Shown: positions 37,699 through 47,075 of the stretch, one piece after another
How positions within the stretch are numbered: the first letter of the stretch is position 1
How the letters are laid out: each line of letters opens with the position of its first letter
NCBI GenBank assembly: GCA_031414535.1
Contig: JANNVQ010000030.1
Location: 144,936-208,935 of the forward strand
DNA length: 64,000 bases
Reading direction: 5' to 3'
DNA from: Gemmatimonas sp.
GTDB taxonomy: Bacteria; Gemmatimonadota; Gemmatimonadetes; Gemmatimonadales; Gemmatimonadaceae
The notes under the pieces: model-generated
Databases searched by the model: none
What the model was told of the DNA's origin: nothing
What the model saw: only the letters and a program-made list of their open reading frames with translations
Translations under genes and position numbers: made by a program

Positions 37699-38723
37699 GA
37701 TTGATTCTCCGGCTTGTCGAATGTGGGGCGAGGCCAGCGCACGCTGAAAACTGCGCCGAGTCCGTGGCCCGCGCTCTGTGCACGCACGCGGCCTCCCGCG
37801 TGCGTCACCAAGCGCTCAACGAGGTAGAGGCCCAGTCCGGTGCCCTGCATGCGACCTCGACCATCGCCCTCAACCCTATAGAACTGCTCGAAGAGCCGCG
37901 GCGCTTCCCTGGGCGGAAAGCCAACGCCATCGTCGCTCACCTCGACGAGCACGTCGTGAGCCTCCACCTCGCCGTGCACGCGCACCACACCCTCGCGGGG
38001 CGAGGCCTTGATCGCATTGTGCAGCAGATTGCGCACCACGGTGCGTACGCCATCGCGGTCGGCGAGCACGACCAACCCGTGCGGCAACACGGCATCCACA
38101 CGCACGCCGCACTCAGCGGCGAACTCGCGCAGCTCTTCCGTCATCTCTAGTACGATGTCATCCAGCGGCACGCGCTCGGGATGCGCTTCGCCGCCGCTCG
38201 CCAAGCGCGACGTGTCGAGCGTGTTGGCCACCATGCGCTCCAAGCGACCGAGCTCCACCAGTACGCGTCGCACCAACTCAGCGCGCTCGGCGGGGCCGGG
38301 GTTGCGCAGCGAGAGCGTTTCGACCGACAGACGTAAGCTCGCGAGCGGTGACTTGAACTCGTGCGACACGGCCGCGAGAAATTGATCTTGACGGCGCCGT
38401 AGCTCCGATTCTTCGCGCAGCGCCTTGAGGACCACGACCATGGCGGCCAGCAACACGCCGAGGAAGAAGGCCCCTTCCCACGCGTAGCGATTGAGTCGCT
38501 GCGCGCGCTCGGTGACCAGCGAGGCAATCTGATCTGGACCCGCACCGTTGGCCACGAGCGCCGCGGCGAGCCGTTCCGTCATCAGTTGCGTGTACCGCCA
38601 CTCATCCCATATCCAGAAGGCGAGCTGGGCCGCACAAACGAGCAGCAGGACGATAAAGCCAAGCTGCACGGAGCGCGTGGAGGGGGTGCGCCCGGTGGGG
38701 GCGCTGGAGCGCGATGAAATCAT
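37695..38723 (-). CDS. Sensor histidine kinase
   Basis: SHEFKSPL H-box, NLLHNAIK, DDGVG, GTGLGL; 2 TM segments. Confidence 0.93.
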   Translation of the reverse strand: MISSRSSAPTGRTPSTRSVQLGFIVLLLVCAAQLAFWIWDEWRYTQLMTERLAAALVANGAGPDQIASLVTERAQRLNRYAWEGAFFLGVLLAAMVVVLKALREESELRRRQDQFLAAVSHEFKSPLASLRLSVETLSLRNPGPAERAELVRRVLVELGRLERMVANTLDTSRLASGGEAHPERVPLDDIVLEMTEELREFAAECGVRVDAVLPHGLVVLADRDGVRTVVRNLLHNAIKASPREGVVRVHGEVEAHDVLVEVSDDGVGFPPREAPRLFEQFYRVEGDGRGRMQGTGLGLYLVERLVTHAGGRVRAQSAGHGLGAVFSVRWPRPTFDKPENQS

Positions 38724-40024
38724 GCACGAAGTCTAGCGCGTAGGTCGCGGGCGAGGTCGGGAGCGGCAACTTCGAGAAAGTCTGCCGCTGCCTCTGGACC
38801 GGCCGCGGCGGAGAGGTCGCGCAGTCCGCGCGACGGGATGTGCGCGAGTTGGTGCGAGAGTCCGTCCGCCCAGAGGCGCAGCGCTGTGCGCTGTACGGCA
38901 TCGAGCGAACTCAAGTCGGACTTTAAGGCCCGCTCCACTTCGCGTTGGGCGCTGTCCGCGTAGCGGCGACGCAGCTCCACAATGGTGGGGTTCACCACGT
39001 CGGTCCGTGCGCGTCTGCGACGCTCGTCGAGCGCCGCATCAACAATCGCGCGCGCTTCGCCGAGGGTCTCCAGTGCCAGCTCTCGCTCCGCTTCGGCGCT
39101 GCGCGTGATGCAATCCATCCCTACGTATGGCATGCCTGCCGCCGTGGCGTCCTCAGCGCGTAGCGAGGCGGGCACGCTCAAGTCCACCACAAGTGGAGGG
39201 ATGCCCGTGGTGCCGTTCTTGGCGATCCGCAGGCAGTCCGCCTGGGAGAAGAGCGGTTCTTGCGCTGCGGTGGCAATGAGTAGCGCGGACACCGCATTCG
39301 GTGCGCCGCGGAAGTCCTCAAGTGAGCGCAGCCGCGCGTCGGGCGGCGCAATTGCCTCAGCGCGCGCCAGTGTGCGATTCACCATCACGACTGGGATGCC
39401 GCGCTGAGTGAGCGACGCAGCGCAGTGCGCCATCATGGGCGACGCCCCAACGAGCGCAACGGCTCCTGGCTGCACGGCGAGCCGTTGCGTCACATGCTCG
39501 AGGGCGATATCCGCGAGCGACGCTCGACCAATGCGGCCATCGGTAGCGGGGCGAACGCGCTTTGCAACCTGCAGGGCATCATGCAGTACGGCGCGCAACG
39601 CATCGCCGAGGAGTCCCGCTGCCTCGGATTCGGCGGCGGCAGTCTTCAGTTGCCCCGCAATCTCACTCTCGCCCGCGCGAGCGGAATCGAGGCCACTGGC
39701 CACGAGATACAGATGCTCGATTGCCCCTTCGGCGTCCCACGCACGCAATACCCGATTCGCGGCGAGCACTCCAAAGAATTTCTGCAGTCGGACGCGGCGC
39801 TCGGCGACGCCAATATCGGCTCCGCCCGTAAAGGCGACTTCCACGCGATTGCAGGTCGCCAAGTAAAGGAGCCCATCCACCTCAAGCGCCGACGCAAGCT
39901 CGCGCAACTGCTCCTCGCGCCGTTCCCGCGGAAGCGTGAACTGTGCGAGCAGGTCTGCGCTGGCGTGTCGCCAAGAGATACCGAGGAGGCCGAGCGAGTT
40001 GTGCATCGTGCCGCTGGCGCTCAC
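38720..40024 (-). CDS. hemA: Glutamyl-tRNA reductase (divergent)
   Basis: LATCNRVE, VASGLDS...GESEIAGQ, NRT..RA, VDLSVP. Confidence 0.85.
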   Translation of the reverse strand: MSASGTMHNSLGLLGISWRHASADLLAQFTLPRERREEQLRELASALEVDGLLYLATCNRVEVAFTGGADIGVAERRVRLQKFFGVLAANRVLRAWDAEGAIEHLYLVASGLDSARAGESEIAGQLKTAAAESEAAGLLGDALRAVLHDALQVAKRVRPATDGRIGRASLADIALEHVTQRLAVQPGAVALVGASPMMAHCAASLTQRGIPVVMVNRTLARAEAIAPPDARLRSLEDFRGAPNAVSALLIATAAQEPLFSQADCLRIAKNGTTGIPPLVVDLSVPASLRAEDATAAGMPYVGMDCITRSAEAERELALETLGEARAIVDAALDERRRRARTDVVNPTIVELRRRYADSAQREVERALKSDLSSLDAVQRTALRLWADGLSHQLAHIPSRGLRDLSAAAGPEAAADFLEVAAPDLARDLRARLRA

Positions 40025-40974
40025 GCTACCGCGAGACGCGCGAGAGCGCGGATGAAGGCGGGATGCGTATCCACGGCCGCCACGCGAACGAAGCGTTCAC
40101 CGCCCGCTTCCATGAATGACTCGCGACCGCGATCGCCAATCTCCTCGATGGTTTCCAATCCGTCTGTCACGAAGCCCGGCGTGACGACGGCTACCGACTT
40201 GATGCCGCGCTTCGGCAAGTTCTCGAGCACAGCGTCGGTGGCTGGCGTGAGCCACTTCTCGGGGCCGAACTTACTCTGGAAGGTGAGCGTGGACTTCTCC
40301 ACCGGCCACTTGATGGCCTCAAGCAGGGCCGTGGTGGTGTGGCAGCAATCGGAGGAGTAGGAGCGGCGCTCGTTGCGGTCGTAGCGCTCGGGGATGCCGT
40401 GGTACGAGATCACGACGTGCTGTGGCGGCTCGTCGCCGATGGCTTCGAAGAATCGCTCCGCCTGCGCTTCGATGTAGCCGGGATCGGCGGCGGGAATTAC
40501 GCGGTCAATGACCGGCACGCCGAGCTCCATCGAAACCGCAGATTCGAATGCGCGCCTGAATGCCGTGCCTGTGGTGCTTGAGGTGCGCTGCGGGAACAGC
40601 GGCACGACGATGAACTTCTCCACACCGGCATCCTTCATCCTCTGCTTCTCGGACGCGATGCTTGGCTCGCCGTACCGATACGCCGCGCTCACCGTGAAGT
40701 GCTCATTGGCCACGGCGCGCACTTCGGCGACGATGCGCTCTGTGGAGGCGCGCAGTGGCGAGCCCTCGGGCGTCCAGATGGACTCGTAGGCGTGGGCCAC
40801 CTTCTTGGGCCGCGTGCGCAGGATGATGCCCTGCAGGATTGGCTGCCAGAACCACTTCGGAAAATCGATGACGTCGGGGTCGGAGAGGAATTCGTCGAGG
40901 AAGCGACGGACGGATTCCGCCGTGGGGGCGTCGGGGGTGCCGAGGTTGACGAGGAGCAGGTGTGGGCGGGGCAT
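40021..40974 (-). CDS. hemH: Ferrochelatase
   Basis: LVNLGTP, SYHGIP, FQSKFGPEKWLTP, DGLETIEEI. Confidence 0.93.
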   Translation of the reverse strand: MPRPHLLLVNLGTPDAPTAESVRRFLDEFLSDPDVIDFPKWFWQPILQGIILRTRPKKVAHAYESIWTPEGSPLRASTERIVAEVRAVANEHFTVSAAYRYGEPSIASEKQRMKDAGVEKFIVVPLFPQRTSSTTGTAFRRAFESAVSMELGVPVIDRVIPAADPGYIEAQAERFFEAIGDEPPQHVVISYHGIPERYDRNERRSYSSDCCHTTTALLEAIKWPVEKSTLTFQSKFGPEKWLTPATDAVLENLPKRGIKSVAVVTPGFVTDGLETIEEIGDRGRESFMEAGGERFVRVAAVDTHPAFIRALARLAVA

Positions 40975-41111
40975 GTGTGTAATTGTCGGCACCTGCCGCC
41001 AGCGAGTGTCATCGAACTGTCATGGATGACGGGCCCCGTTCTCTTGAGCGTCTGGCGGGGGCTGTGCGTTAGATTCCCGAACCCCTGCCGCACCCCCATT
41101 CGAGGACGCTT

Positions 41112-42128
41112 GTGAGCCAGACTGTTGGGCGCGACGCTGCGGCGGACGCGCGGGACCTGGAGATGTTGGCACGCCTCGCCGAGGCGCGGAAGGAGATGGG
41201 CCGTCAGATTGCCCAGCGCATCGTGGGCCAGACGGACATCGTGGATATGATGACGAGCGCGGTGCTCGCGGGCGGCCATGTGTTGCTCGTGGGCGTGCCG
41301 GGCCTCGCCAAGACCCTACTGATCTCTACGCTGTCGCAGGCGCTGGATCTGGAATTCAGCCGCATCCAGTTCACGCCCGACCTCATGCCGAGCGACATCA
41401 CGGGCACGGAACTGCTTGAGGAAGACCACGGCACAGGCAAGCGCGCGTTCACGTTTGCGCGTGGGCCTGTGTTTGGGAACATCGTGCTCTCGGACGAGAT
41501 CAACCGCGCGCCGCCAAAGACGCAGGCGGCGCTGTTGCAGGCCATGCAGGAGCACACGGTGACGGTGGCCGGCAAGACATACTCGCTGCCTGAGCCGTTC
41601 TTTGTGCTGGCGACGCAGAATCCGATTGAGCAGGAAGGCACGTATCATCTGCCTGAGGCTCAGCTGGACCGCTTCATGTATGAACTGCGTATGGGCTATC
41701 CCAGTGCGGCGGAGGAAGAGGCGATCGTCGCGACGACTACGGGCGTGCTGAAGGGCGTGGTGAAGCCGGTGTTGACGGCCGCTGAGGTGCTGGAGATGCA
41801 GAAGCTGGTGCGCCGCTTGCCGGCTCCGCCCTCGCTGGTGAGTTATGCGGTGGGTCTTGCTCGTGCCACGCGTCCGGGCGAGCCAGAGGCGTCGGCCGCG
41901 GTAAAGAAGTACGTGAGCTTTGGCGCGGGGCCGCGTGCTGGGCAGAATCTTGTGCTTGGCGCCAAGGCGCGGGCGGCGATGGATGGGCGCGCGGTGCCGG
42001 ATCTTGAGGATGTGGATGCGGTGGCGTTTAGCGTGCTGAGGCATCGCGTGGTGCTCAACTTCCAGGCTGAGGCTGAGGGGATGGGGATTGAGCAGATTTT
42101 GGGGTTGGGGAGTCGGGCTGGCCGCTAG
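41112..42128 (+). CDS. MoxR-family AAA+ ATPase
   Basis: GVPGLAKT, RIQFTPDLMPSD, DEINRAPPKTQ, ATQNPIEQEGTY. Confidence 0.93.
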   Translation: MSQTVGRDAAADARDLEMLARLAEARKEMGRQIAQRIVGQTDIVDMMTSAVLAGGHVLLVGVPGLAKTLLISTLSQALDLEFSRIQFTPDLMPSDITGTELLEEDHGTGKRAFTFARGPVFGNIVLSDEINRAPPKTQAALLQAMQEHTVTVAGKTYSLPEPFFVLATQNPIEQEGTYHLPEAQLDRFMYELRMGYPSAAEEEAIVATTTGVLKGVVKPVLTAAEVLEMQKLVRRLPAPPSLVSYAVGLARATRPGEPEASAAVKKYVSFGAGPRAGQNLVLGAKARAAMDGRAVPDLEDVDAVAFSVLRHRVVLNFQAEAEGMGIEQILGLGSRAGR

Positions 42129-42149
42129 CGCCCCCTAAGAAGGTTTTCG

Positions 42150-42183
42150 CCGCCGCCGGATGACTTCCGGCGGCGGTTTTTTT
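42150..42183 (+). terminator. Intrinsic terminator after the MoxR gene
   Basis: CCGCCGCCGGA-TGACT-TCCGGCGGCGG followed by T7. Confidence 0.88.
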
Positions 42184-42284
42184 GCCGTTGGCCTTCTAGC
42201 GGGCCGAGCCTGTCGAGCGCATTCTAGCCGTGGCGGCTGGCACAGGTGACGGCCGAGTGACGGGCTCTGCGAGGATATGGCTAC

Positions 42285-45200
42285 ATGGCGCGCAAACAGG
42301 TGAAGCCGGATCGAGTCCGTGTGCGAGTGCTCGGGGCCACCGAGCTCCAGATTGGCTCGCGCCGCGTGGGAATGAATACGGAGGCGCTATTTGCGCTTGC
42401 GCTGTACCTGACGACGCGCGCCGGGGAGCGAATCGCGCGGGAGCAGGTGTTGGAGATTTTCTGGACCGACGGTGCGGAGGAGAGCCGCCGCCATGCGATG
42501 CGGCAGATGATGTATCGACTGCGGCAGAAGGGTTTGGAGCTTGATGAGGATGGCGAGTTTCTCCGGTTGGACCCGGCTCATATTGAGAGCGATTTGCGGG
42601 ATTGCCTGCAGGCGGATTGGCCGGAGCGAGCGGGTGCTGCTGCGGTGGAGGCAGCCCTAGCTTTGGGTCCCACGTTTAGCGCTCGCCTTGCAGCACCGTT
42701 TTTGGATTGGTTTGATGGGGTGCGGGCGGAGGTGGCGGCGCAGCATCGGAAGGCGGCTGCCAAGCAGATCACGCTTGCCCGGCGCGAGGGGCGCTGGTCG
42801 GAGTTGGAGCGCTGGGCGCGTTCCGTCCTGCAATCAGACCCGCTGAATGAGGAGGCGACGTTAGCGCGGGCTGAGAGCGCAGCGATGTCGGGGTCGAAGG
42901 TCGCGGCGTTGGAGATACTGGATACTTATTTGGCGGAGATTGGGCAGGTGGCGCCGGAGTTGGGGAAGCCGGCGGTGGTGCTGCGGAAGCGGATTGCGGA
43001 GAAGAGGGCGGATTGGACTCAACGAGGGCCACGCGAAGTCCGGTTGATTGGGCGGTCCGACCTTATGCGGAAGCTGAATGCGTTCGCGGACTCCGTAACG
43101 GCCGGAGACTCTAAACACTTAGTCCTCGAGGGTCCACCCGGTAGCGGAAAGTCGCGGTTGCTCGCAGAGGCCGGTGAATATTCCCAGCTCAGAGGACTAA
43201 GAGTGCTGGGTGTTCGAGCAGAGAAAGTCATGGAGGAACATCCTCTGGCGTTTTGCAGAGAAATAGCAGCGCAGCTTGTCAGAGTACCGGGAGCTGCTGG
43301 AGTTTCCCCAGCGACAATGAAGGTGGCATCTAGCCTGGCCGAAGAAGCGGCACAATTTCGGACGGATGCAATACGCCCGACACCACAACTATCGGTATCG
43401 AGTATTGCGGGAGCATTATCCGGCCTGCTATCTGCTATTGGGTCAGAGCAGCGTTTCGTGCTGGTTTTGGACGATCTTCAATGGGCAGACGACTTATCTC
43501 TGAAGATCCTAGGCGAACTCATTCGCGCTGCCAGCCACAGCCGCGTCGGGATAGTAGCGGGCACCAGACCCCATTCAAGCGGATTGCAGCTCAACTCCGT
43601 AGCGGCGGCGTTCGACCAACTGCATCGAGTCAATCCACTCGTAGACGAGTACGCAACAGATCTTGCGAACGAGACTGCGAAGTCGCACGGCCGAGTGCTA
43701 GACGCCGCCGCGCTGGCGGCAATACTGCGCACTGCAGGAGGTAACCCTCTCTTTGTGAGAGAACTAACAATTGCTCGAAGCGCATGGCCCCATCGCACAT
43801 CGCTACCAGATTCGCTATCTCAGATTGTAGAGGATCGGATTCGAACTCTCGACGCTCGGGAGCAGCGGTTGCTGAGGATTACCGCGCTACTCGGAGACGT
43901 CGCAGCGCTTTCGAGAGTACGCGCGACAGCAGCACTCTCACACTCAGAGCTACAGCACTCGCTCGAGAGACTTGAGGCAGAGTCGATGATTCGCATGTCT
44001 GGCGAGCGCACGTTAAGCGTCCACGACTGCTGGTCTGAGGTGTTGCTCCAGCAGACCCCAGCCACGTCTCTCGCCGCCTTGGCCCTCGAGTGCGCCGAAC
44101 GGCTCATTATTGACTCCGCCGCACGATCACACGCCGTCCAGCGAAGAACCGGCCACCTACTCCGACTCGCCGGCGAGAACGATCGAGCTCTCGAATACTT
44201 CTTGGCAAGCACCGATTCTCTCCATGCAATCGGCTTGCCTCGTGAGGCGAGGGATTCGATGGCCTCGTACTCTGAGCTAGCCAACCATCCGACGGCCCAG
44301 GCACGCCTGAAGTATCGATCCGCTCGAAGTCTGTCTACCCTTGGAAATCCAGAGTCGGCGATTGCAATCGTGGAAGAGCTTCGGAGACATGGTTGGCTTC
44401 GCCAGAATGCGCTCTGGCAGGAGCACCTCGACTCCATTCTCATTCTCGCGGAAGCGTACATCAGAACCGAGAATGCGGATCATGCCCCAACAGACGAAGC
44501 ACTCACACTCGCTTTTCACCCCAACTTGGGCGCAGACGACCAACAGAAGGCATGCCTACTAGGAGTACGAATCGCGAGCAATCGAGCCGACGCGCGGCTG
44601 ATGAGGGACTTCGCTGAGCGCTCCAAGGAACTCGACGGGACTGGAGCTAGGAGCTATGCCAGCTGGATGACGGCCCTCGTTCACGCAACTGAGTGCGGAT
44701 CTGCAGCAGACATTCTCGATATTATTGACAGCGCCTCCGTAATCGACCGGAGCGACCTCACCGTGCATCAGACCTACCTAATGCACCGATTCGCTTGCCA
44801 AGCCCTCAGAGTCGCGAGGAAGTTTCACAGGTCCTTGGAACACGGCACCGCAGCGCATGACCTAGCAATCGAACACGGGCTATACCATCAGGCACGAGTC
44901 GGGGCGGAGCTGTTGGCCCACGTGTGCCTAGACTATGAAGAGATCACCGCTGCTCGCGAATGGATTTCCCGAAGCGAGCACTTGTCGACTGAGGCCGCGG
45001 TGGCAGCCACAACAAGATCTCACGACCACGTCAAGGATCGCCTAAGTGTACAGGAGGGGAAATTCGACGAGGTGTGTGGGCGAATTCTCGCACGGCTACC
45101 CTCGTCGAGAGTCGCAGGAACTCCTACGGCACGGCTAGGCGAGCTGTCACTGGCGGCGCTGTGCCTCTCACAACTTGGACGTCACGAAGAGGCGGAACTC

Positions 45201-45431
45201 GTGATTGCTGAAACGCTCGAGGCCGTCAGTCCAATCCTTGGTCAATATTCCAGTAACTTCGCAGTTGAACTCACCGCGCGTTCGCTTCGACTTATTGGCA
45301 ATGGCAAGCGAGCTGATCAGCTCTTGCGGGACCACATGCATTCGAGGATTGCGAAGAATCCCCCGACGCCGCCCCCGTTCTTCATGCAGCTCATGTCGGT
45401 GGAAAACAGCCTATCGCTGAGCGGCAACTAG
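42285..45431 (+). CDS. SARP/BTAD-domain regulator with AAA (STAND-like) ATPase and helical-repeat C-terminus
   Basis: N-terminal wHTH (VRVLG...REQVLEIFW), BTAD (DPLNEEA), Walker A GPPGSGKS, LDDLQWAD, GGNPLF. Confidence 0.85.
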   Translation: MARKQVKPDRVRVRVLGATELQIGSRRVGMNTEALFALALYLTTRAGERIAREQVLEIFWTDGAEESRRHAMRQMMYRLRQKGLELDEDGEFLRLDPAHIESDLRDCLQADWPERAGAAAVEAALALGPTFSARLAAPFLDWFDGVRAEVAAQHRKAAAKQITLARREGRWSELERWARSVLQSDPLNEEATLARAESAAMSGSKVAALEILDTYLAEIGQVAPELGKPAVVLRKRIAEKRADWTQRGPREVRLIGRSDLMRKLNAFADSVTAGDSKHLVLEGPPGSGKSRLLAEAGEYSQLRGLRVLGVRAEKVMEEHPLAFCREIAAQLVRVPGAAGVSPATMKVASSLAEEAAQFRTDAIRPTPQLSVSSIAGALSGLLSAIGSEQRFVLVLDDLQWADDLSLKILGELIRAASHSRVGIVAGTRPHSSGLQLNSVAAAFDQLHRVNPLVDEYATDLANETAKSHGRVLDAAALAAILRTAGGNPLFVRELTIARSAWPHRTSLPDSLSQIVEDRIRTLDAREQRLLRITALLGDVAALSRVRATAALSHSELQHSLERLEAESMIRMSGERTLSVHDCWSEVLLQQTPATSLAALALECAERLIIDSAARSHAVQRRTGHLLRLAGENDRALEYFLASTDSLHAIGLPREARDSMASYSELANHPTAQARLKYRSARSLSTLGNPESAIAIVEELRRHGWLRQNALWQEHLDSILILAEAYIRTENADHAPTDEALTLAFHPNLGADDQQKACLLGVRIASNRADARLMRDFAERSKELDGTGARSYASWMTALVHATECGSAADILDIIDSASVIDRSDLTVHQTYLMHRFACQALRVARKFHRSLEHGTAAHDLAIEHGLYHQARVGAELLAHVCLDYEEITAAREWISRSEHLSTEAAVAATTRSHDHVKDRLSVQEGKFDEVCGRILARLPSSRVAGTPTARLGELSLAALCLSQLGRHEEAELVIAETLEAVSPILGQYSSNFAVELTARSLRLIGNGKRADQLLRDHMHSRIAKNPPTPPPFFMQLMSVENSLSLSGN

Positions 45432-46754
45432 GTATTCACCCGTGTTGCCAATCGCGGGAAACGATTCAGCAACATCACTGGCAGGAAACTCCCGCTGGGC
45501 GTCAGCGACTGCTCGCTCCAGAGCGCTCCACCCTGAAGCCGAAATCAACTTGGAACATACCTTTGGGTCGAACTGGCGCCCGCTCTCGCGCTCTAATTCG
45601 ACTCGGACGTCGTCGAGTGAAAGCCCGGCGCGATAAGGGCGTGACGTCGTCATCGCGTCAATCGTATCAGCAAGAGCGATAATTCGCGCCGACAGCGGTA
45701 TGCTCTCACCGCTGAGCTGGTCTGGGTAGCCTGTTCCGTTCCAAGCCTCGTGATGAGCGCGGACCGAAGAGACCAAATCCGAAAAATTCGAGACCTTCGC
45801 GACTAGCTCAGCACTTCGGATTGGATGGAGCTTCATTCTTCCGAACTCCTCGTCCGAAAGACGACCCGGCTTTCGCAGAATCGACGCGAACTCCTCGTGA
45901 ATTTTGCCGACGTCGTGCAGTAACGCGGCAATCTCGACCCGCTCGACCTGACTTACCGTAAGTCCCGCCGTCCGCGCCACTTCCCGTGCATACCGCGCGA
46001 CTCGCTGTGAGTGTCCGGACGTGTAGGGGTCACGCGCCTCGATCGATGCTACCATAAGCTGCAAGAGTTCTTCGTTGATTTTCTCTAACGCAAACACCAT
46101 TCGGTACAACTGCCGGATGCCGAGCATCGGAAGCGCTGCCAGGGCGGTCCACATTGGCCCCTTCGACACGTACATCAGCGCGAGAAGCACGATGAGGGGC
46201 AAGGAGAGTGCGTCGTACACGCCGGAACCCTTAATGCTCTTCGCCCAGTGCCTCAGCGTGTTGGCGTCAGAGGACGCCGCCACAACCGTGCTTACGGCGA
46301 GCTTATTGAGTGCAAAATAGGTCGCGCAGAGCCCGACGAAAGGAAGAATTTGAGAGACTTCGAGGGTCGCAGACTTTCCACCTAGTCCGAGGTACACAAA
46401 CAATCCCACGGCGACAGCAAAAGTGTGCTGAGCCACATTGAACGCAATCTTTAGACGGGCTCTGCGGAGCATTAGTTCGCCCGCGAGTGTGCTCAAAGCG
46501 ACTGAAATTAATGCGGCTCCGTTGGGGGCAACCAACGCGACGCTTAAGTAGGGCAAGAATACAATCGAGCCTGTTGTGGCCTTGCCCACGGGATACGAGA
46601 GGACGGCGAACAACACGCCCATTCCAGTAAAGAACAGTGCCGATTGCCAGTCTGTATTGGTCGGCGATGGCGCAAGGGCAAACACGGCCGCCACGGATAT
46701 TATGCATCCGGCGGCGACACCCTCTACGACGCGCTCGACTCGGCTCGCTGACAT
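45411..46754 (-). CDS. HD-GYP cyclic dinucleotide phosphodiesterase with multi-TM sensor domain
   Basis: About 6-7 TM segments, then EARDPYTSGHSQRV, LHDVGK, HHEAWNGTGYP, RPYR. Confidence 0.92.
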   Translation of the reverse strand: MSASRVERVVEGVAAGCIISVAAVFALAPSPTNTDWQSALFFTGMGVLFAVLSYPVGKATTGSIVFLPYLSVALVAPNGAALISVALSTLAGELMLRRARLKIAFNVAQHTFAVAVGLFVYLGLGGKSATLEVSQILPFVGLCATYFALNKLAVSTVVAASSDANTLRHWAKSIKGSGVYDALSLPLIVLLALMYVSKGPMWTALAALPMLGIRQLYRMVFALEKINEELLQLMVASIEARDPYTSGHSQRVARYAREVARTAGLTVSQVERVEIAALLHDVGKIHEEFASILRKPGRLSDEEFGRMKLHPIRSAELVAKVSNFSDLVSSVRAHHEAWNGTGYPDQLSGESIPLSARIIALADTIDAMTTSRPYRAGLSLDDVRVELERESGRQFDPKVCSKLISASGWSALERAVADAQREFPASDVAESFPAIGNTGEYLVAAQR

Positions 46755-46804
46755 GTTGAGTTGTGCTCTTGGTAGAACCGGAGGACCCCTCGTCCCCAGC
46801 TGGA

Positions 46805-46876
46805 CTAGTTCCAGCTATGTGAATCGCCCATCACAAACGCCGCCATTGCAGCAATGATTGACGTGATAATAGACAT
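46805..46876 (-). CDS. 23-aa peptide MSIITSIIAAMAAFVMGDSHSWN, putative signalling peptide precursor, absent from the ORF track
   Basis: AAAGGGAGGTGAT Shine-Dalgarno 5 nt before the ATG; hydrophobic core and polar Trp-containing tail; 50 nt upstream of the HD-GYP gene on the same strand. Confidence 0.72.
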   Translation of the reverse strand: MSIITSIIAAMAAFVMGDSHSWN

Positions 46877-46881
46877 CGAGA

Positions 46882-47020
46882 ATCACCTCCCTTTCGGTGA
46901 GATCACTGAATCCGAAGATCCAGCGCCCAGCCTAGGTCGGCTCCGCTCGTCGCACCCTTACGGTGCACCGCTTGTGTCCTCTCCGCTCAGAGAGAACGAG
47001 GGGTACCTCTTCGTGTCCTG
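46882..47020 (-). ncRNA. Candidate structured 5' leader RNA
   Basis: Consecutive hairpins including CTGGATC-TTCG-GATTCAG, GCACC-GTAAG-GGTGC and a GAAA-capped stem that includes the SD. Confidence 0.45.
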
Positions 47021-47075
47021 TACGTACTGCACTTCCTAAAACAACTACACTTGCCCGTTCACCAACTCCATCACC

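Noticed and set aside
46930..47020. c-di-GMP-I (GEMM) riboswitch
   Set aside because: GGACACAAGC only loosely resembles GACGCAAAGC, and the GGCAAA/GAAA P2 architecture is missing; kept only as an unclassified structured leader
47045..47071. 8-aa ORF MELVNGQV on the minus strand
   Set aside because: The SD-like GAGGTG abuts the ATG with no spacing, and the ORF is too short to support
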